From the NCBI RefSeq assembly GCF_009914755.1, contig NC_060936.1: a DNA stretch of 64,000 nt; one strand, 5' to 3'. Both the position numbers and the translations under genes were made by a program. Each line of letters begins with the position of its first letter. Positions within the stretch are counted from its first letter, which is position 1. This DNA comes from the human T2T-CHM13v2.0 reference genome, Homo sapiens. Positions 38,409 through 52,442 of this stretch are shown here, piece by piece. The notes below the pieces were generated by a model. That model saw nothing but the letters and a program-made list of their open reading frames with translations, did not search any database and was not told the origin of the DNA.

Positions 38409-41400
38409 CTATACAGAGACTGAAACTGTAGTTCCAAGCAGCACAATCAGGTTTTTCTGAGAAACTCTCAGGGCTGTTTTGGAAAGCAGAGGATCCTCAG
38501 GAGAAGCTTGGGCATGTCCCAGGCAAAGTCTGTTGGTTGTTGTCCTGGGTTCACCACAGTGCCCTCCACGTCGCTCTGTAGCTGTGGTGTGGCTTCTCAC
38601 TCCAGCACAAGGATGTCCGTGGGTCTGAAGACAGTGGCAAAGCCTGAACTTCAACTAAATGCAGTCCACCATCAACAATCCCATCTATGCCATTTGAGGA
38701 ATTACATGAGGTCATTTGTTTTCATTGCCACCACAATTTCAGACATTAATAAAATATGCAGCCATCTTCCGTTTATTGCCAGTAACTTAAAAAATCCAGT
38801 GTATATACTTGGCACTATACTAAATTAATGATTTAAACTCAAATGCCACACTGAATAAAACCACATGATTAGTGGTTTAAACTGCCTAAGTTGAGAATTT
38901 TTTTCAAAAGATGTATTTGGTATTAGAGAGACATGAGATAAATACCACCATGTCAGAAAGGGTGGTTCATTGGTGAACATATATGTGTTTGTTATGTTGA
39001 GAGTGGCATGTTCTTTGATAATTTTTACTATGAAGTATTTCAGGCAGTTTTAAAGGGTGGCACTAAAAATAAAGTAGTGGGCACTGAACAGATGGGTTGA
39101 ATTAAGAACAGGTTTAATGCCAAGTTCAGTCATGTCTGAACGGTGAAAAGAGGTATTCATTTAAAGGCTTGTTATTATTTTTTAGAAAAAAATCAGCAAA
39201 TTTTTTCCTCCTTCTTCTTTCCTTTTTGACAACAAAAGCCATTTAAATAACTGTGATATACAAAGTCTAAAGGATTCTTAGAAAATGTAAAAGGAAATAG
39301 CTTTATCTATAAGCAAATAGGGAGTTGAAAATAAATGTAAAAGGAGGAAAAGTTTGTTTTAGTAAAAATGAACAATTTTGTTAAGCTTGAAATCTAATAG
39401 AATGTTATGAAGTTTTGAGCCCTAAATGATGATTTTTAGTGGTAAATTTAATTTTAATGAACAATGGCATCTACTTTTAGGAGAAACTGTACTGAAGCCA
39501 AAATGATGTATTTAAGCATCAAATAAGTATTGCAAATAAAAGTTTGAGTTAATTGTAATGAATCAGAAACATATGTGTTAGCTCTCCCTTAAATATAACA
39601 GCTCTGTAAAGTTTAAAAAATGTTCTTCATAAATATGATTTGTATCAGGACAAACCTCAAGTATTTGAAAGTAATTAAAGCTGTTTGACAAACTTAGAAT
39701 TGACTGGACAAACTGAAAGTTAGAATATATATTGGAAAGGAGAAGAGGCATTTTTGTATCTGTTTGCATAGGAAGAAAAAAAGTGTTAAAAAGGTGCATT
39801 GCTGTTTAATCAGAAGATTTTGGTTCTGATATTGATTGTCCAAACAAGTCACAATCTCTGTGGGTCTTACTTCTGCTCATCTGTACACCTGGTGGGTGAA
39901 ACGATATCCTGATCTCTTTCAGATGGAAATTTCTGAAATACAGCCGAACAAATGAGATAACATATATGGAAACAATTTATAGAACATATAACATGAGACA
40001 CATTAAAAACACATTAAAAACACATATGTTTCTCGGTAACATAATTTCCTTAAGCATAGAAATCATTTAGTTATGTACTTAATAGTACTTAGTACAGTGG
40101 AAGTCAACAAACAGCTAATTAATAAAGGTTACTCAATGAATAAGTGTATTTCCTTCAAAATCAAAAAATAAATGGATAACTATGTAGTCATATATAAATA
40201 TTAAATATGTATAACAGCAGCTTTTGCATTTGAAATGACTTCTACAGCTATTATTTCTGTAGGTGAATAAGCAAATGGAGTGGGGACCACGCCAGCATCT
40301 TAAAAGACATATGTACCTTCTTAGCTGTCTTGCTTTTGTAAGACAAAACATGAGGGATTGACTTTGTGCTGCCCTGGAAAGAGTATTAAGGTATGAGTTT
40401 GATTCATTCTTTTCCTGTGCAGACTAGATGAGAAGCTTAGCTTCTTCATGTTTCTCCTTGTATCATAGACTGTGTCACTCCAGAGGGCACCACATGCTCA
40501 TCAGCCTAGAAAATCTCTGAAAGACTTTCCCAGGCCAATCGATACCATTTTTAAGCATAATTGGTTGCTTATGAAGCTGCTCATCCACAAGCTATTAGTG
40601 TCAGAGACGTTCTACTCTGTTTGTATCTTCATGCCATCAAAAACAGAACCTTTTACTAAACTATAATTTTGAGCTCATGTCTGCCCACTTTCTGAGATTA
40701 TCAGATAACTTTGGCAGAAAGGAGAGAGACTTCCTGCTTCAGACAAAATTTGCCATACAAAAAGCTACTTTTTTACTTGCTGGTATCCTTCCCTGGCATC
40801 AATACCCATGAACTGGATTTCAGTGTTTGCTATCTCAGGATTTTCAACCATGTAGCCTGAGTAGACTAGTTCCTCATGCCACATGCTTTTAGCTTGAACT
40901 CTTTTTTTGAGAACCAGTGCTAACTTACTCCAGCTTCCTCTTGATCCCAAGGCCACACACTGATCAACAATGCTCTACATATATGTCCTGAGTGTTACAC
41001 ACTCTGTAAATAGATGCATCACTGCATAAACTACGGCAATACATACATCAAGAAACTGGATCATGCAGATACAATCCTTTTAAAAATTTCACAGACATTT
41101 AGAATTATTATAAATAAAACTGTCCCTAAATAAGGTAGATACCTAATTTTTAAACCAATTGGGGTTTAAATATTTCTTGTCATTTCCATTTGGGGACATA
41201 CATAAAGTTCCAGACAAAGAGGAAAACTAGATGCTCAGCAAGTGAGTGGGTGAAACTTAATTTATAATGATGGGAATGGCAGAAAGAACGCTTGAAAATA
41301 TTAAAAGTAGAACCAGTTTCAAGGGATATGTTTCTTCTTAGTGTGCATTACAGCATTGCTTGTAGTAACAAAATACTTGGACATAACAAGTGTCCAACAG

Positions 41401-42222
41401 TACGAGGCTGCTTAAGTAAATTAAAATAAGATTATACAATGGAATATCATGTGCTACTAAACCTGAAGCAGCTGAAGAACAATATCATGGAAAGATAATC
41501 GCAAAGTTTTGGTGAGTCAGACTAAAATCAGGTTGTGAAAAAGTATATTTTTATGCTTTATACTTCATATTATATATTTTAAAATTGATCCCACACACAT
41601 ACATTGAAAAGAGACTGGAAGGATATTAACCAAAATACTAATGGGGTTTATCTGAGGTTGTGAAGATTTTTATATCCTCCTTTTTGCACTTTTGCATTTT
41701 TAATTTTTTAACAAAAAAATGTATCTCATGATTTTTAAAAAAAGGAGTGAAAGAATATTTTTTCTTCTGATTTTGGAGAGGGGTGATAAGAAGGGTTTAA
41801 TTCGCTTCATAGTCGTATAATACTGTCTTCACAATTCTGCCATGCTTATTTAATAGCCAGTCAAATCTAGTATTTGGCTTTACAGATAACTATGAAAGTC
41901 TTGAGTCGAGTTAGGTATAAACTGTCAGTGCAAGTTTCATATTAAACTAGCTGTGCCTATTAGACATAAAAACCTCTTCCCCTGACACATATAAGCACAC
42001 TCCAATTCTGCTTTGGATACCTGGCTGTGGTTTTCCTGTTGAGGATTGCACACATTTAGCAAATATAATCCATAAACCATTCTTGGCTTCCAATGTGTTC
42101 ATCTCTCTTTGTAAGTCTTGATACTCCAGGGAGGTCTCCATTGAGATGGTCTGTATCTCTGCATACTGGCCACTCGTTAATCCAGCTCTTGTTATCTGAC
42201 ACAGTTGTGAATTTAGACCCAA
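38409..42222 (-). other. Speculative spliced exon chain: 42222-42021, 40856-40777, 40373-40317, 38624-38409 (stop); lncRNA or novel ORF
   Basis: All GT-AG boundaries with compatible phases give one 184-codon open frame; ATTAAA (minus) at 38355-38360 followed by a T-rich tract; no recognisable homology. Confidence 0.25.
41330..41750 (+). mobile_element. Ancient L1M 3' fragment
   Basis: CATTACAGCATTGCTTGTAGTAACAAAA..ATACAATGGAATAT..AAAGAGACTGGAAGGATATTAACCAAAATACTAA. Confidence 0.65.
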
Positions 42223-43304
42223 CTGTAAATGTCAAGTGCATTCATTATCTCTAGTGCCCCAATGTACCTAAAGTACCAGCTGGAAGTCCTGCCTTCTGTG
42301 CCAGACTCTAGCTGCAAGAGGGACCACATGAAATAAGGTCAAAACTGTGAAGCCCTGATATGTGTTTGGCAGGGACACGCTCTTCTAGGAATAACTTACG
42401 ATCACTTTGATACTGGGCCACAGTATTCACAGCCTAACTGGGGCTACCTTTGGGTGACATATAAGCTCATATTAGATGGATATAAATGAACACTAACATA
42501 TTGTACCATATAATTTATCCAATACATTTACAACCCCCACTATTATCCTCCACCTTCTATGCCCTGATACACACAAATGGCAAATTTTTAACCGATTGTG
42601 ATGTCCACTTAGTAAGCCAAAAGAAAACACAATGTGGCATCTCCAAGGATGAATATAAAATTACTGTAAAAGTTGTGAAAGAGAAAATAATTATAAAAAT
42701 GGTTGCAGCACAGAGTAGTTAAACCAGATACTTATGGGTCATAAACCTGTAAACATTTTAACACTGTCCTTAAAAATATGACTTAAATCTTGATGGCTCT
42801 GGAAAGGGTATTGTGTGCCAAAGCATATTTGTGCATGCACTAGTTAAAAATCATAATGTAAAAGCGAGGCACCTAAAATCTTCAATTGTTAAACTTTTAA
42901 GTCTATTGAATAAAGAGATTAAAAAAAACCACTCAGTAGTTACTCATCAGAATTCCCAGGCACTTTGGTTCCCTGTAAAGTCTTTACACTAATTTTTATC
43001 ATGGTGTAAAATTTACTTTGGCTACAAGTGAGTATACACCTAGAGATGCTGTTGGATGAATGTGAGATTGAGAGGCTCTTATGTCCAGGCATAGGGGAGA
43101 CACATCAGTGGGGTTGCAAGTAAGAGGTTCAACATGTGGGCTAACCAGAGCCAGACTTATAAGACTTGTTTATTAGAACATGCGAGAAGAGAACTCAGCT
43201 TCTCAAGTACATAAGAGTGAGGTCAAGTCAAGAAATAATTCCACTTTTGCAGGACATCACAGCAGTGCTGATGGCCCATCACACTCAGTGATGTGATAGC
43301 TTGG

Positions 43305-45368
43305 TATATTAGTTCATTTTCACACTGCTGATAAAAACACACTCAAAACTGGGAACCAAAAGAGGTTTAATTGCACTTACAGTTCCACATGGCTGGGGAG
43401 GTGTCAGAATCATGGCAGGAGGTGAAAGGCACTTTTTATATGGTGGTGGCAAGAGAAAAATGAGGAAGAAGCAAAAGCGGAAACCCCTGATAAACCCATT
43501 AGATCTCGTGAGACTTATTCACTATCACAAGAATAGCATGGGAAGGCCTGGCCCTCATGATTCAATTACCTCCCCCTGGACCCCTCCCACAACATGTGGG
43601 AATTCTGGGAGATAAAATTCAAGTTGAGATTTGGGTGGGGACACAGCCAAACCACATCATTCTGCCCCTGGCCCCTCCAAATCTCGTGTCCTCACTTTTC
43701 AAAACTAATCATGCCTTCCCAACAGTCCCCCAAAATCTTAACTCATTTCAGCATTAACCCAAAAATCCAGTCAAAAGTCTCATCTGAGACAAGGCAAGTC
43801 CCTTCTACCTATGAGCCTGTAAAATCAAAAGAAAGCTAGTTACTTCCTAGATACAATGGAAGTACAGGTATTGGGTAAATACAGCCATTCCGAAAGAGAG
43901 ATAGGCCAAAACAAAGGGGTTATAGGGCCCATGCAAGTCTGAAGTTCAGTGAGGCAGTCAAATTTTAAAGCTCCAAAATGATCTCCTTTGACTCCAGGTC
44001 TCACAGCCACATCACACTGATGCAAGAGATGGGTTCCCATGGTCTTGGGCAGCTCTGCCCCTATGGCTTTGTAGGATTCAGCCCTCACCCAGCTGCTTTC
44101 ACAGGCTGGCATTGAGTGTCTGCAGCTTTTCCAGCAACACAGTGCAAGCTGTCAGTGGATCTACCATTCTGGGGTCTGAAAGATGGTGGCCCTCTTCTCA
44201 TAGCTGCACTAGGCAGTGCCCACTAGGAACTCTGTGTGGGGGCTCCAAACCCACATTTTCCTTCCTTCCAGTTTGCTCTAGCAAAGGTTCTCCATGAGGG
44301 CCCTGCCCCTGCAGCAAACTTTTGCCTGGGCATCCATACATTTTCTGAAATCCAGTTGGAGTTTCCCAAACCTCAATTCTTGACTTCTGTGCAACCTAAG
44401 GCTCAACACCACGTGGAAGCTGTCAAGGTTTGGGGCTTCCACCCTCTGAAGCCATGGCCTGAGCTCTACATTGGCCCCTTCAGCCACGGCTGGAATGGCT
44501 GGGACACAGGGCACCAAGTCCTAAGGCTGCACACAGCACAAGGACCCTGGACCTGGCCCATGAAACCACTTTTTCCTCCTGGGCCTCTGGGCCTATGGTG
44601 GGAGGGGCTGCCATGAAGGTCTCTGACATGGCCTGGAGACATTTTCCCTATGGTCTTGAGGATTAACATTGGGCTCCTTGCTACTCAAGCAAATTTCTGC
44701 AGCTGGCTTGAATTTCTCCTGAAAAAAAAAAAAAAAAAAAGGTTTTTCTCTTCTGCTGCATTGTTAGGCTGCAAAGTTTCTGAACTTTTATGCTCTGTTT
44801 CCCTTTAAAAACAGAATGCTTTTAACAGCACCCAAGTCACCTTTTGAATGCTTTGCTGCTTAGAAATTTCTTCTGCCAGATACCCTAAATCATCTCTCTC
44901 AAGTTCAAAGTTCCACAACTCTCTAGGGCAGGGCAAAATGCCACCAGTCTCTTTGCTAAAACATAACAACAGTCACCTTTTCTCCAGTTCCCAATAAGTT
45001 CCTCATCTCCATTGGACACCACCTAAGTCTGGACCTCATTGTTCATATCAACATTTTTGTCAAAGCCATTCAACAAGTCTCTAAGATGTTCCAAGCTTTC
45101 CCAAGATGTTCCCAAGCTTTCCCAAGTCTCTAAGACGTTCCAAGCTTTCTGGTGGCAGCAAGGGTAAAATGAAGAAGAAGCAAAAGTGGAAACCCCTGAT
45201 AAACCCATCAGAGCTCATGAGACTTATTCACTATCATGGGACTAGCTTGGGAAATACTGGCCCCCATGATTCAATTACCTCCCCCTGGGCCCTTCCCACA
45301 ACATGGGGGAATTCTGGGAGATACAATTCAAGTTGAGATTTGGGTGGAGACACAGCCAAATCATATTA
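43305..45368 (-). mobile_element. THE1A-type MaLR provirus: intact LTR 43305-43659, internal region, partly deleted LTR 45150-45368
   Basis: Two homologous LTRs flank THE1-int; 5-bp TSD CTTGG at 43300-43304 and 45369-45373. Confidence 0.93.
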
Positions 45369-45585
45369 CTTGGCATGCTTTACTAGATGATGTGAATCAC
45401 TGTTATACTATAATAATTATTTTGTTATCGTTAGTGACTTTTTGATGCTGTCTTGAATTTTTCTTAATTCTTTTGAATATGTTTCCAGAAATTCTAGCTT
45501 TGACAATGTGCTACAAAGCGCAGCAGGCTGAAGTCAGTGGAAGCTGGGCAGTGAAGCTTACCTCCCATAGCCTCTGGCCTCGTGA

Positions 45586-47164
45586 TGTCACAGAATCCTT
45601 AGGGTATTGCTTTTCCAGCCAGAAACCTCTGTGGCTAGCAGCACCTTTGCCCAAGTTTTGCTCCGGCCCACTGGCCTTGTTCTGCCCACTTGGGCTGGAA
45701 GGCTGTGCTCAGAAGTGCTAATGGCCTGGATCCCACTCCTGCCAAGGGTGAGCTAGGTGCAGAGCCATGAGGGATGTGTAAGCAAGCATGGGGTCTGGCC
45801 ACTGTGCACAGCCAGGCATGCCAGCTGCGGCAGGGTGGGCAGCTCCAGGCATCAGCACAGGCACCGTCTCTATGTGAGGCTGCGGCTGGACCAGGTATAC
45901 TGCAAGCAGCTTCCACTGCAGGCACTGGGGAAGCTTGGAGACACCAGGAACTGCAGAGCCCCAGAGATGGTGTCACAGCCCTGGCTTGGGGATCCGCTAG
46001 GTCTGGGTTCCCCAAGGGGCCACAGCTCTTCTCTCCTCATCACCCATAATGTGGTGAGCAGGGGCCATGTTTCAGCCCTGTCTGTGTTACAGCTCTTTCA
46101 ATCCTGCCATTCGGTGGGCCCTAAGTTCTTGTCCCATGTCCAGGAAGAATGAGGTATGTGGACAGCTGGAGGGTGAGCAAGGTAGAGAGGAGCTTCATTG
46201 AGCAACAGAGCAGCTCTCAGGAGACCTGAAGTGGGTAGCTCCTTTCCGCAGGCGGGTCGTCCCAATGAGTGTCCAGCTCTCAGCAGAGAGGAGACCCATA
46301 GTGGTTAGCTCCTTTCTGCAGGCAGGTTGTCCCCACAAGTGGGGGTTACCCTAAGTGGGTAGCTCCTTCCTGCAGCTGATAGCCCTGACATCTGTGTGAG
46401 CCTGGATGAGTCTGGGTTTTTCTTGTGCTCAGAAGGGAGGGAGTGTGTGTTGATTGGTTCACAGGTGGCCATGGGCAGCCCAGAAAAAGCACCATAAGCT
46501 CTTACTCTGGCCTTAGACTCCATCTGGAACTGGCAGCCTGGCCCTCAGGCTTCAGGCAGTCAGTGGCTTGAAGGTGGGGTTTCACCAGGGAACCACCCCT
46601 TTCCATCCAGGAACCTGTCTGCCTCCCACTGTCAACATGTGGTCCATGGTGCCGTGGCTATTTGTGCTGAGGGGCACCTGCAGACCCACTGCTGAGCTGC
46701 CCTCACCCCGCACCTGGCCTACCTCCCACACTCATGGATGCCCAGAGGTGGCCAAGATGGCAGTGGGTATGTGGGGGGCGGGGTAGTGTGTCAGTGCTGC
46801 CCCAAGTGTTTACACACCCACCAGGTTGTGACAGCACCCAGGCTTGGCCATAACTTTGCTCCAAAATCAGATCAGGCACCAGGAGAAGCCAGGGAGCAGG
46901 AGCAGGCCCTTCTAAGCCTGAAGAGGGCAGGATGGCTTTCTGGGCTTCTGAGTGCACAGGGATGCCCAGATCTGGTGCCATGGCTAGGAGGCTGCAACTG
47001 CACCTGAGAGTGCAGGGATCCTGCCCTGCCATTTTGGTGGGGGATGGGGCTCCCATCTGTTCCCAGCTCCCACCAGCCCTGTGGAGCGTAACCCCAGCTG
47101 TGGCTTCCCAGCTGTACCTGGCATCTTTTCAGGGGCCACTCCAGATGGGCTGCTGCTGCCATCA
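45586..47164 (-). mobile_element. MER52-type ERV1 solo LTR (~1.58 kb)
   Basis: TG...CA ends; minus-strand start TGATGGCAGCAGCAGCCCATCTGGAGTGGCC; internal GTAGCTCCTTT repeats; 4-bp TSD GTGA at 45582-45585 and 47165-47168. Confidence 0.85.
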
Positions 47165-48687
47165 GTGAGTATGTTGTCAAGGCACGTGTTGCCATGCCTT
47201 TCAGAGGCTTCTTGGTAACAAGCACACTGCTGCTTAAACATAAGTCTTTCACCCAGATAAAGACATGCACAAGCACTTTCTGCCATTTGTCATCTCTTCT
47301 CTGCAACAGTCCTCCCTGCCGACTCTCTCTCTCTCTGTGTCTCTCTCTCCAAATTGAAGAATCTCTATATTTTTTTCTGCAAAAAGCTTTAAAAATTCAC
47401 TTGTAAGAACTCCTTTATTAGGCTACATAAATTACTAAAACAAAAGACTAGCTTTTGAATTTAATTTCTCTGTTCTTCATTCTAAATGGGTTTAAACAGG
47501 GGTGACAGAACTCTTGAAATCCAACACCTGCAAAATATAGTCTTCAATATGTCACTGACCAACATGGCCCACGAACACATTTTCAAAGACTTCTTTACAG
47601 TATTCAGGGCCCAAATATCTGTACTTAGTATACTCATTCCTTATTCAGAAATGGAATTTTAGCAATGTCTCCTCACAAACCAAAATTGAATACTTTTAAT
47701 CCCTTTCTCTTGAAGTAGAATTACAAATAAAGACCTTAAAGAATGTGTCAAGAATAGCTTGAAATTTATGTCATTGAAATTTAAACATCTATACTTTCAG
47801 ATTATTTTTGTTTCCCAACCCATCATGTCATCATTTTTCCCCTTCTTCACACAAATAGCCTTTAATCTTTGCCCCAAATTCAGTCCCTGGCTGTCTTTTT
47901 TTTCCCCACTTATACTGAAGCTATTGCTTAGAAAGCATTGAATATATCTGACATTTAAACTCCTCCAATATACTGCCGTATATGTTTCCTCCACCAGGAG
48001 CCTAGAGGTTTGTGTTAAAATACAGCTTGAGGTGTAGAAATTATTGTAAAGAAAAGAAAGTCATTTCTCTTTTTCTGCAAGAAACAGTTGATCTAGATGA
48101 AAAAAGACTATGCAAGCTATTTTCTTTTCTTCTCTATAATTTTTGAACCTGTTTAACGTAAAGGACCCTCAGAGGAGATGACCCATTAGGCTGTTTTGCT
48201 AAGACAAAGGCCATTGCTTTGATAGCCCAGATAGTTGATGATTTTCACCCATATCAAATTCAGGTCTGTTTGAATAGACTTCATTTGGGCAAGTTTTAAG
48301 AGTCCCTTAAGTGGGTTCAGGATTATACAGCTTTATAAAAATCCTGTAGCAAAGAGGGAACTTAGAGATTACCTAGCATGCTTGATTTTAGAAGTGAGGA
48401 AAGGAAAATACAGAAAAGGTAAAGGGACAGCTTAAGATCATAAAGCTATTTTGGGTAGAGCAAGAACTAAAATCCAGGCAATTTCACCCCTAGTTTAGAG
48501 TTTATTTCATATAATGAGTTCATTCCACATAGCTAGATCTGCACCCTTAGTCTTAAGCTAACTAGCTCTGCAAAATAAAATGCCAAGAGAAGTGGGAAAT
48601 GGAGAAGCAAAAGTGGAGGCAGAACTTTTAGAGAGCTGGAAAGAAAGAAATAAAATTTTCCAGATTCCTCTGTGAAACATACAGATC

Positions 48688-48880
48688 ATGAGTTAGTAAT
48701 TGTTTTTTGTAAATTGCTAGATAGAAAATATTTTTGGCTTTGTGGGCCATATGGTCTCCACCACAATGACTTTTTTTTTATGCAAAAGCATCTCTAGATG
48801 ATACACACATAAATGGGTGTGATTATTTTCTAATCACTTTATTTACTAAAACAGTCAGTAAATCAGAATTTGCCAACCTT
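48688..48880. mobile_element. MER58A-type MITE
   Basis: AGATAGAAAATATTTTTGGCTTTGTGGGCCATATGGTCTC..AAATGGGTGTG..TTTATTTACTAAAACAG. Confidence 0.7.
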
Positions 48881-49779
48881 CAAAATACGTCCTTGTGGCT
48901 CCAATGATGAGAGAGGGAGGAAACAAAAAAAAGGCAAGGAACTTAAAAGGAAGTCAAGTTATGCTTACCTCAAAGAGTTGTTCTGAGGATTAAATGAGTT
49001 AACACATGTAAAACACTCAGAGCAATCCTTGGCATCTAATAAGTGATAAAATGATGGCTGTTAGTTTTATTGCTTTTGTCAATTTGGGGTGGTGGTGGCT
49101 ACACCCACACAAATGTCTATGGGATTGTCTGACATTTTCCAGGATAAAATAGAAAAGGGAAGAAGCTACCAGGGCCCACATTCTCCTTACACCCATTACT
49201 AGAACTATTTCACATTCAAAATTATCAGGCCCCCTCCGTCATTCTATTTTATTTCAACATCAATAACATTTTCCCTGTTGGCAGAGGTAATAAATTGAAG
49301 CTTTCTGAAAGGAAGGAGGAATTTATCAGTACATAGATCCGACTGGCAAAAATTTTGCTTATTTGTTGTGTTAATTCTGAAATATTTACCAAGTTGACAT
49401 GTTAAGTACTAAATGGAAATGCATTCACTTAGAAAAGTCTATTCTGTCAACAGACAGTTATTCTCTGTATTCTTAACTTATTCAATATAAGAAATAGATT
49501 AATCATCTAATTGACTAGGTCTTAGTATATTTAAAAGTACAACCTGAAAGTTCATTTATTCAACAAACATATTGAATGTTCTCCATATGCCTGATGCTGT
49601 TCTAGATGCTGGAGAGAAAACAGTAAAAAAGAAATCTCTGACTCACAAAATTTACATTATGACCATATCAAAAATAATAATAGGCTCCATTAAATACCTT
49701 AGTGAATATCCACTCAACGCAAATTAAAGATTAACAGAAGGGAAAGAATAAAAGTAAATGGACAACTCTTGCTTTTCAA

Positions 49780-49945
49780 ATCTCTTTTCCTCTTTTATTC
49801 TCTCTTCTTTCTTCTTTTCTTCCTTTCTTCCTACACTTGCCCTTCCACTCCTCCTTTCCACTTCATCTCCTCCTCTTCTTCATCCTTCTCCTCTTTCCTC
49901 TTCATCTTATCTTTTTTTGTTCCTTTTTTTCTTTCTTTTTTCTTG
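49780..49945. repeat. Pyrimidine-rich low-complexity tract
   Basis: About 165 nt almost entirely C/T. Confidence 0.85.
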
Positions 49946-50422
49946 AACTACTGCCATTTTTTCAGTCAGCAGTCACATTGGCATGAACATTTTAATTTAA
50001 ATAGCATTTTCTAAGTTTTCTAATTTCTTATCAATGAAACTATTTTTTAATGAAGCATTTCAAAAACACTACTTTCTTACGCTGTTTTCAAGATTAAATA
50101 GCAAATGTATTCTAAGACCTTCTGTCTTATTTTCTAATTGTAGACTTTTCTTCCAAAAAAGTTCCTTTCTTCTCTTCAAGTGAAATTGCTAAGATCAAAG
50201 TTCACTTTTAGATCAAAGCTAAAAGACTGATTGAATTAGTTTTCCTTGTATGTATGAGCCTACTTAAAGTCAGAATCTTAGACTTGAAATTTTAAATATT
50301 ACCCTTTACTGGCTAATTCTATTGACTGAAAATTCAAATACAGTAGAAATTAATATTTTGGGCCATCTTAAGGATGAATGGGTAGTTTAATTAGGTGATC
50401 TTTAAGTTAAGGTGGGGTTATA

Positions 50423-50616
50423 TTTTTTTTAATTTTCATTTTATTTTATTATATTTTAAGTTCTGAGGTACATGTGCAGAACGTGCAGGTTTGTTACATA
50501 GGTATACATGTGCCATGGTGGTTTGCTGCACCCATCAACCCATCATCTACATTAGGTATTTCTCCTAATGCTATCCCTCCTGTAGCCCCCCCACCCCCTG
50601 ACAGGCCCTGGTGTGT
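50423..50616 (-). mobile_element. L1PA (PA7/8-like) 3' terminal fragment
   Basis: GGTACATGTGCAGAACGTGCAGGTTTGTTACATAGGTATACATGTGCCATGGTGG; degenerate TSD GTGGG..ATAT.TTT. Confidence 0.9.
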
Positions 50617-50875
50617 GGGATGATATGTTTTAATAGTGGAATTCATAACAGTTTCTTTAGAAGGTAATTAGTTTTTGTCAGACAACTTGTCAGACATTTG
50701 GTTTCACATCCTAGACATTTGTCAGACAACTTGGTTTCACATCCCACATCCAACTTTTACAAGTGCATGACATTGAGCCATTCAATTAAACTCTTGGAAC
50801 CTCAATTCTCTCATCTGTAAACCAGTTATGACAATACCTATCCTATAGATTTGTTGAGAAATAAGTGTATATATG

Positions 50876-51235
50876 TGTATTAGTCTGTTTTCATGATGCT
50901 GATAAAGACATACCTGAGACTGGAAAGAAAAAGAGGTTTAATGGACTTACAGTTCCACGTGGCTGGGGAGGCCTCACAATCATGGTGGAAGGCAAGGAGG
51001 AGCAAGTCACGTCTTACATGGATGGTAGCAGGCCGAGAGAGAGCTTGTGCAGAGTAACTCCTCTTTATAAAGCCATCTGATCATGTGAAATTTATTCACT
51101 ATCACAAGAACAGCACGAGAAAGACCCACCCCCATGATTCAATTACCTCCCACTGGGTTCCTCCCACGACACACAGGAATTGTGGGAGTTACAATTCAAG
51201 ATGAGATTTAGGGGAGACACAGCCAAACCATATCA
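50876..51235 (-). mobile_element. THE1B-like solo LTR inserted in a MIR
   Basis: TGTATTAGTCTGTTTTCATG..GGAGGAGCAAGTCACGTCTTACATGG..CACAGCCAAACCATATCA. Confidence 0.9.
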
Positions 51236-51719
51236 GTCTGATACTTTGTTCTGTATAGGATACAAATATTCAGTAAATGAAAATCTGTATTAATTGTAGT
51301 ATTTATACTGTGTTCCTTTCATAATGCCTAAGACAATCTCACATGAAAGGCTCTCAATAAAAGAATGGATATACTGTAATGAACTGGTTCAAAAGTGCTG
51401 ATGTTGTCTTAATGTCTTTTTTTTTCATTATTCTGAATATTTTCCTTTTCAGTCATTTTAAAAGTAAACATTATTTTTAAAAAATAAAATGAAACAAAAC
51501 AAACATTTCAAACATACTCACTTATAGGACTAACAGTAAGATGTCACCAAGAATGTATATTTGCAAGAGGTAGGAGCTAAAATCTCTTATTAAGTCAACC
51601 CTTTAGGCATCATTTGTTATTTTAGTATTTATTTCAGAGATTGATTCCCAAATAGAAAGGATATATAATAATCCAAATTATATATAGCTGTATACTTTTA
51701 TCCAAAAAATCATATCTCC

Positions 51720-52442
<723 letters not shown>

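Noticed and set aside
38597-40856. Alternative frame ending ...KARQLRRPTDILVLE* via a GC donor
   Set aside because: Needs a poor non-canonical donor (CA|GCAAGT) and matches no protein I recognise; it also shows how easily in-frame chains can be built
44722-44740. A19 run inside THE1-int as a retro-insertion tail
   Set aside because: No TSD or inserted body; a simple expansion of a short consensus A-run
45635-47306. 100-144 aa ORFs in the MER52 LTR
   Set aside because: GC-rich LTR sequence, overlapping in several frames, with no retroviral protein motifs
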